Shown: positions 37,739 to 52,200 of the stretch, piece by piece
Layout: each line of letters begins with the position of its first letter
Numbering within the stretch: position 1 is the stretch's first letter
Assembly: GCA_036172245.1 (NCBI GenBank)
Contig: JAYWIR010000014.1
Coordinates: 3,968,001 to 4,032,000, forward strand
DNA from: Raillietiella orientalis
Taxonomy: Eukaryota
DNA length: 64,000 nt
Direction of reading: 5' to 3'
Notes under the pieces: generated by a model
What the model saw: the letters and a program-made list of their open reading frames with translations, nothing else
Databases searched by the model: none
What the model was told of the DNA's origin: nothing
Translations under genes and position numbers: made by a program

Positions 37739-40700
37739 AATTTGAATGCTTTTCGTGTTTTGTTGAATTTTCATTTTTTTCAGTACCCGTTTTCTTTTTC
37801 TTTTTTTCTTTTTGCCTGAGTAGAGAAGTCTCACTTTCTGAATAAATAAAAAACCAACTTTGACACTTATAGAGATTTATAGAATGAACGGCTTTTACCT
37901 ATTACAGTCACGAAACTTTTGGAAACGTCTAGCGATCTATGCAATGATAGTTCTGAATCACTGCAAATATTTATGTATGAAGAAAACGTTTTAAAAATCA
38001 CAATTTCATGCCATGTAAATAAAGTATCTTCGCCACAACTCTATTTGAACACATGTAATCTTTCAATAAAGTAAAGGAATGCTACTGAATGTATCAAGAA
38101 ATTATTTTCAATAGAAATTTCTCATGGAAAAGACTGGTGGATCATTACTCAACTGAAGGTGGATAAGCCTTTTCCTTGCAAAGCAGAGCTTGATTGGAAA
38201 TGTATATTTGCATTCTTACCTCGACATTCCCTTCCAATTCTTTTATTTTATTTAATAGTTTTACAGTGTAATCTAGATTTGCAGGTGGATTCTTCGTATT
38301 GGGAAGACTTTTACAGTTCCCTGCTCTGTTTCTTTTTATCATTATTCACCAACATCACAAGAATCACCGCAATTTTTTTATTTATGGCTTCTACGAAAAA
38401 ACTTTCAAAATCTCATAAAACCTCAAATTTTTCTCTTTCTTGAAGGCAGTGTGTTGTACTGCATGGCCGTTGTAAATGACTAGAAGATTTATTGCCTGTA
38501 ACCTTCATAATAATTAAAGGTATACACATAAATATAATCGTTTTTCTATTAAGTGAAAAAACAAAAACAAAAATGCACTTTTATCACCAAAAAGTTTGCA
38601 CCTCAGAAAATAAATAATCATTATGAGAATTCTTGTCTTGTTGTTTACGTTTCTATAGCAATAATTTATTTGAAATTCCTTGTTGCTTGCTAACAGATTT
38701 TGATGCCACAAAAACTGAGTATCAAGGGGGTATCAGAGAAGTAGACGTTTACGAGGGAATCTCTGGTGTTTCAACTTCCAAGTGACCATGACAGTGAATT
38801 CTGCAATGCAGACGGAAGTACCCGATAGTGCACTAGTGTTTTTTTTTTTTAGATGTGTTTAAGTCTACAGGTGTCATAGATACACAAGAATGTTGGGCGT
38901 TCAGCTGACCTCTTTTGAAAATGCTGATCACCCTAATATGCAAATTTGGATTTCTAATTCTCGTAATCATTAAATCCTGTGCATGTAAAAAATTTCGAGC
39001 TTTTAGAGGGCCACCAATTCAAACCTTTATAAAATATAATGATCAGTATTATTCATTTATTTTGATGTTTTCCTTAAATTCCCATTAAAATGCGCAAACC
39101 CTATGAGATTGATTGTCCTTGTATGACTGACTTGATTTGCAAACAGTAATAATTTAAATCCTCCTCTTTTGAGTCTTCTAGGTAATGTTTCTGATTTATT
39201 CACTAAATCTGCAATGCAGAAACTTGCTTTTATAAAGTCACTAAGTAATCGTCTCACTAAATATACAGCAGTCCATTCCTCCATTATTTTTGATTCGAAA
39301 AAAAAAAAAAAAAGAAAGAAAAAATCTGACCTCTCTAATTTTAGAACGAAATTTGACCACTTTTCTAAGAAGCGATTTTTTTTTTTTGGCTGCAAGCAGT
39401 ATCGAAAAAAAAAACATCCACGAGTTGCAAATGTGTCGAAATAACATTGATAACAATTACCAAGGAGTGTATATTTACCTGAGGTATTCAAAACTTCCAA
39501 GGACACTTCAGTGTCTGTACAAATTTGGTTGTAACTATTACTGTGTTCATGAACAAGGAAAACTCTTTTTGAACTGAAAATTGATGTAGCCTCGGAACTG
39601 TAAAGTAGTACAGTTTATTTAAACAACAACTCTCAGTGCTCAGTTATCAATACTTGAAAAGCATGATGCAAATGGTGAATATGTTGTCAAAAGGAAAAAC
39701 TAGAAAGAAAGAAGATCTAAAACTCATAGTAACTACTGAGAAGTCCAAAGTAGCTCTCAGAAGACTTCAGGTACAATTCTAGATTGGGTGCATTTATTTT
39801 GATATGGAATTATCATGAGGTGATATTTGCTGGAGCTTATTTGAAATCCATCTTTGCAATGTGCTGTGATAATTATAACGCATTTCTGTTTTTCTCGTTA
39901 ATGGCATAAGTACCGTTATGTGCATTAAAGATAAGTTGTAATTGTAAAATGTCTGAAGTTTTCTGCAGCTATCCTGAATGAAAAAAAAAAAAAAAAAAAA
40001 GCAGCACATCCATCCATTTAAATTACTTCTCACGATCAAATGGTGAGTTACATAACAATCAATTATTATGTAAGGATTTCATCAAAATCTGTCATTTATC
40101 ATTGAAACTTGTATCTCACCTGAAGAGTAAAATGATAGATTTTAGAAACTTTGGTTTTGATATTTTCACTTTAGTAATATATTTTCGTCAGTGAATGTGA
40201 TTGTATTGTGATTGAAATGGGCTTTGGAGTCGATAAATACATCAATTCTAGTTATTACTAAATGTGAACTGAAAACTGGGATTTTTAAAGTCAACTTTTC
40301 GTATAATTAGTATTGAAGCGTCATACTTCACTTACATGAATTCTAAAATGCAATACAGTATACTGTTTGTAGTCTGTATATTAGTTTGGCAGTAGAAACG
40401 ATGAATGCAAGTAAATTGATGAAATGTAGCCTAAAATTCGGAATTCGCTAAATAATCTGTGCATTCAAGTCCGAATGATGGAAACTTTTCTTTCTCGGAA
40501 TGTTCGTTTTTGAAGAAACATTTTCAACTTAAATGTGGACTCTGAATAATCTTGATTTTCAGTGTTTTTTTTTTTTTTTTTTATTAGGAGGGTTCAAAGT
40601 TGTCAGCGATTGCATTCTAACTGCCACGTACTTAGCATGAAGTTATCTGAAAACAATCAGTGTGATAAAAGGCGACAAGTAAGACTAGACTAGAAAAGGC

Positions 40701-43476
40701 CTGATCATAAAGCCTTCTTTCAGTTTGTAAAAATTTTTCTTCATCTTCTGTGTACAACTTGCTATAATCTACTTCTTTACTTTTCTAAATATTTGCATGA
40801 ATTTGAATGCTTGGTTACTCTTTAAGTAAGCGTAAAGCTTTTTTTTTTTTTTTTTCCTCCTCCAATCTAGTGTTCTCAGTTTGGCAATTCCTGTTTTGAA
40901 TTCACATGCAACGCTTTTCAGTGCAATGCTTGTATTTATAATGTACCTACACTCGGCCGTTATTCGCATTTAGATAACATGCACTTAAGTTGTTGTTGTT
41001 TGTATACAGGGAATCAAGCAGCAAACAACCGTGTACATGGACAATTGTTTGCATAATGCGTTTTCGTTTATGTTCCGGCGCAATGCTCTTATTGAGATTC
41101 GAGCCTCGGAGCTCTGGAATGAAAGTGTACGGCGACTATGCTTTTCAGGCGATGTTCACTAAGGATTTAGAGGCCGTTGAGGAACTTTGATGCAAAGTAG
41201 TAGTTTTCCTAAAAAGTGGGGACTCGATTTGCAGTAGGGAATGTTGGATGGAATACGTCAGATTGGCACCAAATGGTAACAAGTGAGACAGAATGCATTC
41301 ACACGTACAAAGAGTGCACAAGGTGTTTCGCGTTTTATCTGTGTGCGTGCTTAAAAGCAAGCCCAAAGAAATTTTTTTTCTCTTCAAAGTGCTTGGCGTG
41401 TTTCTATTGGAATCAAGTGAAACCCAGGATCGAGTGCACTCATGAAGAAGGTGCTAGAAAGAACTTTTGGATGCAGCGCAATAGAGTCAATAGAGTCACC
41501 AAATCGTAGTCCCTCGTAATGAAAAAGCATTTTCAACGCCATGAGACTCGAGAATTCATCATGCATGATTTGGGGGGGGGTGGAAACCTGTTCGAACAAG
41601 AACCCTTAAAAGTAACAGCGAGATCATAGAGTAGGGAAGGATTCAAGTGAAAATTGTTTTCGAAACGCTTGGTAAATCCAGCAGCGAACAGAGTGCAATG
41701 AAAAAGTTGAAAGAGAGATCTCTCTTATTGGAAATGCGAAAGCTATTCCTAGTATAGGAAAGGAAAAATATCTTGAAATCTCTTCGAATCCCTCCCTTAT
41801 TTTCTCCTGAGCAGTTCCTCCATAAGAAAAGGCGGCAATTTCTCTACCGCTTGCTTGAGGGGGAATTCAGGTGATGAGCTGCTCTCTACGATTTGTGTGA
41901 TAACAGCAAGCATAAATTAGCAAGAAGCATGAGTAGTCAGCCGTTCTCTCATTGGAAAACATCTGTAAAAATCTTTCATTTTCAGGAAGCTCTTGCTGCC
42001 CGAAAGCACTTTCGAAAGCACGTTTTTCGCTTGCGAGGAAAGGGGGGGGGAAAAGATTCCCACATCATCATCATCCTTCGACCCAGCAATTGGTAGTGCT
42101 TGGCTGTATGTTACCTGGGGGAGATCACAACGAGCATGATTTCATTTCATTGGGTGTTTTTAAATTGCAAATGCTTCACATTAAAGCCACCTACACCTAG
42201 GCATATAGCTCGAGATGTCGCCTTGTTGGATTGTGTTGAAAATTTGCATTCACCAGGATGAACTTTGCTTCGCAAGACCGATTCCTGGATTTTTTGCCTG
42301 CGTAACGTGGGCAAAGGAAGCTGCAAAGGCAACACACACAAAAAAAAACGTTTTAGGGATCGAAAGAAAGACGGCTCAAGAAAATAAAGACTTCGGTGCG
42401 AAACCGAACCAAGCGATTCTATAAAATCTCCAAGAAAAAAAAAAAAGAAAAAAAGGAAAAAGCTCTCTGAAAATAACAGCATGAAATTTTTCGGCACCAC
42501 CGGAGCTTCAAAATTTCGAGTCCAGGCGAATAGAATGGATGGAATGCAAAAAATAAGGGAAACCAGGACAAGCTCTGTAAGCAGATAACCCCAGCTGAAG
42601 TACTATTTGGAAAAAAAAAAAAAGAGAGAGAGAGAGAGAAACGAAAAAATAATAATAATTGAGCGCGTATATCGAGAGAGGGAAGAACGTATGAAGAAGA
42701 AAAGTGATTCCGTCAAAGGAAGGACAAAAATGGAGCAGAGTTTGAAACAAGGATTTTTTTTTTCTTTATCTATGCGAGCAAATATGCGAGAAATGAAACT
42801 AAAAGTTGTTTGAAGTGAGCGTGCAGCCAGTTTGAAGCACACGAAACGTCCTGAAGGAGCTTGCATTTAGGAACGGTCCGTACAAGGCAGAGGCGGATGC
42901 AAAGCTGGGCTGGAAGTTTCAAGATCAGAGAGATGTTTGTGCACGCCGATCCTAGCAAGATGCATCGCGGAACAGAAGATGGTTCATCTCCTTCTCTTTC
43001 CTCCTCCTCCCGCAAGTCCACTGGCCTCCAGCTCCAAGCAGGGCAGGATAAAAAAAAAAACAAAAAAAAGGAAAAAAAAAAATGACCTTTGGCGAGCCCG
43101 AGTGTCTGTGCACGAGTGTCTTTCCTCCTTCCATTGCACTCGGACGATGTGGGGAGGACCTGCGGAAACGGGCTGGGTGTTTTCGCGTGCACGCGGGGAT
43201 CAGACACTCAGAACAATGCGTGTCCGATCATTGTTTGCAAACCCATTGTTTGCATCCGCTGGGAGGACTCGGAGATGCTCCGCGAAGCAGGCCTTGGAAC
43301 GCGCCGTGCACCATTATTGCCACGGGCACACGTGGAACACACACGTTGAGCACGCTCATGTGCTCGCGTGTCTCTGCTGTCTCGTGCCACACAGTGTGGC
43401 ACATCTGGAGATGGAACTTTGGCAGCAGTGGATCGAGAATCACAAGTGGGGTTTGACCACTCTGCTCGACGGCATG

Positions 43477-43504
43477 AGCAGCAGCAGCAGCAGCAGCAGC
43501 AGCA
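43477..43504. repeat. (CAG)n microsatellite
   Basis: About 9 AGC units. Confidence 0.9.
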
Positions 43505-43760
43505 TTGGGAGTCCCGATCTCGAGATTCTTCCCCGAATCAGTCCTCTGCAAAACGATTGCCCTGCAGTTTTCCGAAAGCTCGAATGGAAAACAAGTGGTT
43601 GGTCGTGGTGGAATACTCGCATCGTGCTCTTCAGCCACAGCCTCAAAACAGGAGGAGTCACAATTTAGGAATTCGAATTTTCTAAACTGCTTCAAACGTG
43701 CTCCTTATTCTTAGCTGATGCAGCCGACTTTTGAGCTACGACAGCCTCGTGTAACCTTAG

Positions 43761-43795
43761 CTGCTGCTGCTGCTGCTGATGATGATGATGATGAT
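43761..43795. repeat. Compound (CTG)6(ATG)n microsatellite
   Basis: ctgctgctgctgctgctgatgatgatgatgatgat. Confidence 0.9.
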
Positions 43796-45579
43796 AAAAT
43801 GCGAACCACAGCTGTAATTGGCAAGTAATACAATGGCAGGTGTTTATAGAAAGAAGAAGAAGAAATTGCATCAATAAATTCAAAGTATTATCCAGAAGAG
43901 TGATTTGAAATCCATTGGCAAATAATTGCGATTTCCGAGTAAAATTATAAATTAAGGCGGAAATGAAAAGGGGATTTCAGAAGAGATGGGAAACATCCTA
44001 TTGTCATAAAGTTCATCATTATACTTTCTTTTTTTTTTTAAAAAAAAAAAAGAAAAAAACAGGAGAAATGTCTGGGGTAGGCTATTGATAAATCACAGAA
44101 AACTTGCTCCCTTTTCGCTGGCTTCATACACCTCTGCAAGAGATACACCACCCTCCACCCCTGCTTTTCCGGATTCACTACAGGAGCATCCTAGCAATTA
44201 GGTATTTCGTATCGAATTCCTTCTGCCAAGTGATGGAAAGCTCTCCGAAGGATTGATTTTTTTTTTTTTCCCCAGAAATTCAACTTGCCTTTTTTTTTTT
44301 GTTTTTTTTTTCTCACAAGGACGGAACTGCAAGTGCACGATTCGACCACGCAAAGGTGGGATGGCTGCAGTACCTTACGAGTGTACGAGGCGGGATGTGT
44401 GTGTACACAACGTGTGTAAAAATAAAGCCAGGAGGGTGGGCAGTAACAGCCCGCAACAAAGCCGTGCGCAATAAGATAATCGCGAATTGAATGTGGAAAA
44501 ACCGCAAACGCATTCAAACTGTGAAAAATTTGCGAGGTGCACGGGTTCCACAAGCCCCCCATCGAACGTGGAAATGAAAATTTTGCCGGGTGCGCAAATT
44601 TTACATTATCACATTCTTTTTGGAAGTGCAAAAAAAAAAAAAAAAAAAAAAACCAGAAAAAACCAAAAAAAAAAAAAATGTTCTATTATTAAGAATCAAT
44701 AATCAGAAATATTTTAATGATAGGTCTGTGAGGATTTGAACGGATCATGTTCGAACTTTCGATGGATTAGTTCCCTTCAAATCAGACGAAAGCTAAAACA
44801 AATGTAGTTTTAGATGTACAGTGTTAGATCGTGTGATGAAGTATGTATTCGGATAATATATTTGGAAAGTTACGAAGTCAAATTGCGAGTTGTTGTAATC
44901 TGTACGGATCTGTGTTATCATCGTGATTGTTAGAAATGGGAGAGTCTGCACATTCCGGTTGCAAATTTTCGTTAAATGCACGATCAATAAAAGTCGTATT
45001 TTTTTTCGTGAAAGAAAAGTAAAATAAGACCAAAGTGTGATGGTGACAGAAAGTGAATTGCGTGGTGAAGGTGCTGTGAGCTTGTTCGTTACTTTTTTCA
45101 TGATGATGCTGTGCTTGCCATGTGCTAACTATGATCTCTTCCTTTGAAGAATAACTTCCAGTGTGCCGCCTCTCTTGTCCAGCGGGAAAACCATACTTAA
45201 GACTGCCGTTAATTTGTTCTGCATTTTTATGACAATCAACGAAATATCTTTTTGACTTGAAGTTATAGAATCGGCTCCTCTGCTGTTTGCATCTCCTGGA
45301 CAAGTAGAAAGGCAGTCGTGGGTTTGGAAAGTAACTGTTTCCTGTACGCCAATCCAGAACAAGGAAATCATTGAGGCTTTTATAGCACCTCCATTGTATA
45401 CTTCGCGTCTGCGAAAAGAAGAATCAGGGATTGCAGAGATTGACTTTGATTGGCTGCACGGGGTGGAATGGGATAGTTCGGGAGTGAACGGAGAACTCGG
45501 TAACGGAGTGTACGTGAGATCAGGTATTTCTCGTGATAGCGGCAATGTTTAGAACATTTAATTGTGAGTAGGTCTATTC

Positions 45580-46226
45580 ATGGATCACTTGGAACCGATT
45601 GTTTACTCAGAAGACAAATACACAGATTCCCTGTTGTCGGAATTTGCAGAATATGAAAGGCTTACTAGCGAAGCTGTGGCCAGTATTCAGTATGAATGTG
45701 ATGGCACTCCCGTTCAAGAAGACTCTCCAGGAGCCATTAGTTTTGACAGTGGACTGGGATCGGATGAGTTGTGTTCTTCTATCCTTGGTATTGAAGAAGG
45801 AGAGCCAGTGTTGGAACACATATCTGACAGCGATCAGGATCACTCTAATCTTATGTGGTTAGTTAACTTCCGATTGGACAGTTTTTTCCAAGAGTCTCGG
45901 ACCGACAGGCAGGATGAGCCTACCGATCTGCAGCAGGATCAACTCTTCCTTCAAGAAGTCGGAATTGGTACGTTTCGGCCCGGGCAACACTCTTGTACTA
46001 ACCTGCTTTCCCACCACCTTGTAGAGAGCGACATTGAGGAAGGGATAGTTGAGGAATTGGGATCCTCACATAGTATGTTGAGTTCTGATTTGCGAGCATA
46101 CATCCACAGCAGCTACAATCAAGGAACAAAACCTATGAAACCTCCTTTTACTTACACTAAGCTGATTGCTGAAGCCCTCAGAGAGAATAACGAGATGACT
46201 GTGGCGGACATTTATCAATGGATTGT
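45580..46226 (+). CDS. Forkhead gene 5' coding region incl. N-terminal part of the forkhead domain
   Basis: Long acidic ORF in AT-rich DNA ending KPPFTYTKLI..IYQWI, then donor GTAAGT. Confidence 0.9.
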
Positions 46227-49200
46227 GTAAGTAATACGATATATTATTTTAAGAGTTATCTCAGATATTCCGGATAAATGAACTGAAATCAAAAGATGCC
46301 CAAAATGTTTGCAGCTTCGTCGGTGCCTTTTCCTTTGTTCGCTTTGAAGATGAGAACAGTGTTTCCGTTTTGATTTCAGTCTCTGCGAACAGCAATCAAA
46401 ATGTATAAAAGACAAAAAGGGAATCATACTTAGTCTTTGCTTTCCTTTCCAAGCTTTTGAATATTTGCTTGCTGTTGTTCCATGTCCATTTACTCAAAAT
46501 TTTTGTAAAACTCTCATGTAGATTACTGGGCACAAAGATGTTTCTAATATAAATGATTTCACTTTGTATTATCTTTAATCTGAAGATTGTTGCAACCACG
46601 AAAACGGAGTTAAAGAATGCTGCACAATGAGATCGTTACACAAAAATGTTCACAGATCATCAAGTCCTAATGCCTGCACTAAGCTGCTGCACCCCTTTGC
46701 TTACCATCCTTGTCTACCACGCAGTACCACAACAAATTGGTATCGCCAAAAGAAAGAAAAAAAAAAAAAAAAACGAGAAAGAAATTCCACTGGGAAAAGA
46801 AAGCACGAATTCCCTGGCCACGATCTTTGATACGGAAAAGTTTCGCATGCCCGTCGCAACAGGGATCCGCTTCTGCTTCTTCTTCGCATACATTTTGCTT
46901 TTTTCATGCACTCTGGAACCCAGATTTTTTTCCTTCCTTCCTTCCTTCTTCTTTGCGCCCAAAACCTGACCATGTTGGAGCGCTTGACAAACTGTTGACC
47001 TGCTAACCATCTGCCGTTATTATGTTAGAAAAAAAAAAAAAAAAATACTTGCTCTCGAAAGATATAAATAAACGTCATCACGACCATAAACTAAAATTAG
47101 GCTTACATCCAACATTATTGAAAATTTCTCCCTTCCAAAATGTTATTTTCGGTCTGCCTCACGGATTTTGGATCAAAGCGCGCTTGGAATAGTTTGAATG
47201 ATAAGGTGACTCTGTTCATGCTTTGAGGACAGAGGGACTATGCCCAGCAACGAGCTAAGCACGTTCTGGAACACACGATTCACACACTGGAAGATTCGTT
47301 CCCCCCCATCGTTCTTGAAAGGCCTTCAAACGAACACTTGGTTAGGGCACGGAAAGATTTGAGAAAAATGAATTGAATTTTGGTAGACGTGCGTCCCTTT
47401 GAATTCAAGTGCCCTCGGGATGCTCCGATTCTTATCACGGCAAACTGTCCTCCGCCCTAACGAATTCTGCTGGTCCTACTTTCATTATCCAAAGAGTTAG
47501 CTCCGTTCGAATGGCAAACATCGTATAAATTCCACTGTGAAAGTAATCGGAACTTCAGATTTCCATCATCCCCAATGGAAATAGAAATAGAAATACTATT
47601 GACGATAGCACTTGATTGTTTTCACATGTGTTTCCTATGAGATTTCCAGCCATCATCATCATCATCATCACTTTTGCTTCCGCTTTCTTTACAATGCACG
47701 GGAGTCTTCGAACGAAAGTGAGCGTTGATTTATTTCAATCCAGAAGAGTCCTCTAACAGGAATCGGTACAAATGTTTTTTTTTCTATTGACGTTTCCAGA
47801 GAATACCGCTTCTCTTATTGCGAACATTTTGAATATTGCACGTTGTAATTTTGATCTTACATGCTGTGGTGCATCAACAGGAATTGCTATCGTTACGGAT
47901 ACAGTAAGTATGTATGTAACAGGTTGCGTTCAAAGATTTCATTCATTTGTGCAACGTGTAGGCTTGGATCATATGATAGGATATAAGTGCTCAGCAGGTA
48001 GCTATTCATCTTAGGTTTTCAAGAGCTTGAAAATTTCAGGTTCATTTTAATTTATCAGAACAGTGTAATGTAATTGGGAATGTTTGAATCTTAAAGAAGG
48101 AAAAAAAGAAAGTAACCCCCATCATGGTAATCTCTGCAATCTTTCTTAATCAACTTGCACTTTTTTCGGTGTGTAGGAAGAATCTTTACGAAGGTACCCC
48201 CATGTAGTATGAAACTGACTGTGAAGTTTTGAAGAATTTTCTTCCAAGCTGAGGAGGATCGATGCGTTTTATCTCTCTCAGATCACCCAAAGCTTGAATT
48301 CGGATTAATTTGCTTATCTTTTTTTTGTGTGTGTTTCTCATTGTTTTGTACAAGATACTTTCGAATCTTGTAGTGAAGCCAAAATCACTTCAAGAGTCAC
48401 TATATCGTAACATCACAAAGAGTATTAGGGCAGTGCAAAGTAGAAACGAATATTAAGATATGCCACAGCAATACTGATATTCAGATCATATGTGATGTGT
48501 TCTATCTAAAGATGGATTCTTAGAAAAACGAAAGCATGCATATGTTTCCATTGAGAGGGTTACTGTGACACAGGAAAGGGAAATTAAAACGAACGTGTAA
48601 GTCAAATTTCCCATCCCAATGTGTTCACTCCATCTTAGCACACATCATGGTTCCATTGGACTCCACTCGAGTTCCAACTCTGCCTCTTCAGCTTCGTTCC
48701 TTGCAGTCTTATTTTATGTCTAAAGTAGATGTGACCTGGAACAAAATAGGATTCCGCTTCTGTCTTCATATTTAAAGATTGTTTTGCTCACATCATTTCA
48801 TCTTCCGCCTCTTACTATGGGTTACAGTTCTCCCTAGAATAATCTTTGAACTTCCATCACAAAATTGATGAATATTAGGAATTAATCAATCAGTTCAGGG
48901 ATCGAAAAGTTGAGACGGCGATACGCAATGCGTGCCTTCTATGAGTTTATATAGCAATATCTCTGCCCTGTTACTTCTTCCCTTTTCCAGTTCTCAAAGT
49001 TCACATTTTGACAGTTACGGGGTCAACATTTAACAAAGATAGTAACTCTGCTTTCCGATAACTGGAGAACTCTTCATGCCCATTTTTAAATTCCATTCTT
49101 TATTCCATCTTTTCCTAAATGTGATGACTTTTTCCCCTTCTCCTTGCATTTCCAGAGTTCATTTATCGCACTATTAGACTTTTCCAGATATTCATTCTTC

Positions 49201-52200
49201 CAATTCAGACGGTTACAACTCTTTTCGTGGCCTTCCTTTCTTAGTAATGTGTTGAAATTTAGAACAAGTTCCTAGGATCGTTGCTACATCCAGAGCCACC
49301 TTAGTTCATATGAAGAAGATTCCGGAAGAAAATGGCATTTTTTTTTTTTTTTTTTTGAAAGGGAGGAGGGTACACTTGGCTGATGCTTTTGTGTTTTTAT
49401 TTGATTATTTCAAGCTTTTTTCCCCCTCGAAAAGGCCACACTGCGACACAACATTGTATCAGTGGGAGTTCGGCAAATCTGTGTAAACTCAAGTTGTGGA
49501 CTTTCATCACACTTGATATTATTGCTTTTGAAGTGTCGAATCATAAATACTACAGAGAGATACAAAGAGCGGGATGAAGTTATTATCAGCATAACAGCAG
49601 TCTTCTTCGACACTGCAGAACGACTCGACATGTGACTTTGGAATCTATTTCTTCAAAGCACAAAAGTGGCATTGCCAAAAATTTCTCCATATAGCAGAAT
49701 GCATTCGAACTAGTAAGCTTTAGGTGCTTCGTCCTTGTTTCGGGACAATCTGTTCTCGAAGAACATGCGTTTCCTTTCGCACATTCCATTTGCGTACGCT
49801 CGATGCAAGAACAAGCATGTAGGGATAAGTCTTGTAGAGATGCAGAACGAAGAAAAAGTTTCAGAATATGAAATCAGTTCTTGTTTTTACTTGCAATTCG
49901 ACTGCTTTCTCGTAAACTCATTACAGTCGAATAGTTTATTCTTTGTGCTAAACTAGACATGAATAAACATGAAAAGTGGAATGAATAATCAAAGCAAATG
50001 TCGAGAACCGAGAATGTGGAAGTCTTTCTGGTTTCCTAGTCATTGAAGTTTGCAGCTAGATTTTAGAAAACTTAACGGTTCCAACATACCTTTAAGGCCA
50101 GCCTTATAAATTCGTGGATATTTTCTTCTTTCTCAAAAAATTTATACGAAATTTTTTCGAAAAGTATCGAAAGCCATAATTTCAAATCTTCGCTTTTGAC
50201 CTTCTTCGAAATCAACACTTGATAATTCAGGTTTCCCCTATGAGCAGCTCATCAGTTATTGACGCGTTTGATTCCTCAAATGTAGGCAAAATTCAACCGA
50301 GATTAATCGCCGAAATGCCTTTTGCACTTTGAGTTGAGTGAATTCAGTTAAATCAAGCAGTCGAAAAGATTGCTTTCTTGTTACAATTGCAAACATAAAT
50401 AGAGGCAGAGATTTTCTGCATCCCATTTGACAGGTTGGTTTTATGAACTGATGCCACAGTGTCGACTAATGTGAGACCAAAATACAAACGACAGGTAAAA
50501 TGTAAATGGAAAGGAAACAATTTCTGTAGCTAGATTGTAAATCAATTCCTAATTTCCAAAAACACACGTCTTAAAGCAGTTCCAAAATGGGATTTCGAAA
50601 GTGTCTCCGAGTTTTTTGCGGGTTTACGAAATGGTTCTTGTAAACTTTATATGTAACTCACAAAACTATGTTTCTGCTTAAACGGGGTGTCTTGATTCAG
50701 GAACTCAAAAGTCCACAAAAACTGTGAGGAATCCATCCATCTATTCTTTAAAGCATTATTCCATCATGGTAGAAGAAATAATGAATGTATGTTAAGGTCC
50801 TTTTCGGTCACTCGGGAATTTTCAAAGGAATAATGCACATCATTTTCGCACAAACATTACTCAAGTTTATAAGCACGTGGAATGCACAGTTCAGTACATG
50901 ATTCTGAGGTCTATTCTTTTAAAGTACGTATCATGAGACGTTTTCGCCTATAAGCAGCTGCATGTCATGGAAATTTTATCACCACTGCGCCATCAAGTGC
51001 TCTATCTTTCTCTTGCCCTGCTATTCGTAGTTCCACCTTGAGTCCGTGGTTTACTCCGTAGTTACAGATTCTAATTTGTGTGCTCCATATTGGATTAGGC
51101 ATCGTTATTCCCATACTGTTTATACTCCAATATTTTCATAATCCTCCTTTTGCGTGTTTCACTGTATAGTGCCAGGGATAGCGCACACGGCTGGTTTTAG
51201 CTTGTGGAACGACGAACAATCTCTGCCTTTCGTTCATGCCTCTTCAGTTTCATCTGTCTTTGCTTCGTCTCCATTTTATGCCTTTGTACGAATTTTCATG
51301 CGCTTCGAGTGCCTTTCTTGGTTGATTTCGCTTACTACTTCTCCAAGAACTGATATTTATTGTGCATAGAAGAAGAGATGCTTTCATATGTAAGATTATA
51401 TTAAAGACAGCGTTGCTGTTTTGTGCATACTTTAAAACAAGCATAATTCCACGATCCTTTAAGGCTTGTCAAAGTATCGTCACACAAAAATGTAGTACAT
51501 ATCTCAATGTCAGCAAGCTGTGGACGATTTTATCTAAATTCTTAAGGAAGAGCTCTGCACAAAGAATGACATTTCATTTGCTTTATGGATAAACTTGCCT
51601 TTCAAAAAATAAGGAAAATATCCAAAATTTGTGAAGATCATCAAAGAAAATAGGAACCTTATGGAACAAGGCTTATGAAATATAACGGACAGATATAAAT
51701 TTTGAAACAATTCACGTCCTTATAACTACAAATTGCTATTCGTATTTATCTACATTTCCATTGCAGTTTTTTGTATGTCTATCAAGCCGCTGATTTTTTC
51801 AATTGCTTTTATACATGACAAGCAAGGGAAACCTCTCATAATGAATTGACGAAAAGTGGGAATGTAAGGTGAAGCCTAACCAACGTGTGAAACCTTTGAA
51901 GAATAATACACAACAAACTATATGGACCGAAACTTCCAATTCTCAGAACACATAAAATACAAGACTCAACAACTTTCAACAACCAAATTCTTTCTTAAAA
52001 ATACCTTTCATATCAATAATTTGCGATTCGCAATGATCCAAAATAGGGAAAGAATAGCTTGTGGACTTAATTTCATAGAGTGAAACAAATTTAGTGAGGA
52101 CACGAAAACATATATTACAGTGGATGTATATTGTGGTAGTTGGTACTTCAAAAGCGAAACGATTTCGAGGTGAGATTAGTGAACCATTGAAATCGTGAAG

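Noticed and set aside
38720..39600. Possible non-autonomous DNA-transposon remnant
   Set aside because: Texture is MITE-like, but no terminal inverted repeats or target-site duplication could be defined
41085..41135. tRNA/SINE-like reverse B-box (GAGATTCGAGCC)
   Set aside because: No A-box or cloverleaf could be built, and no second copy was seen
42937..43668. 243-aa ORF with poly-Ser
   Set aside because: Runs through poly(A) and microsatellite tracts, with no domain and no convincing splice context
50103..51636. Weak ~28-bp inverted similarity (50103-50130 vs 51608-51636)
   Set aside because: Short, AT-rich and several mismatches; could be chance
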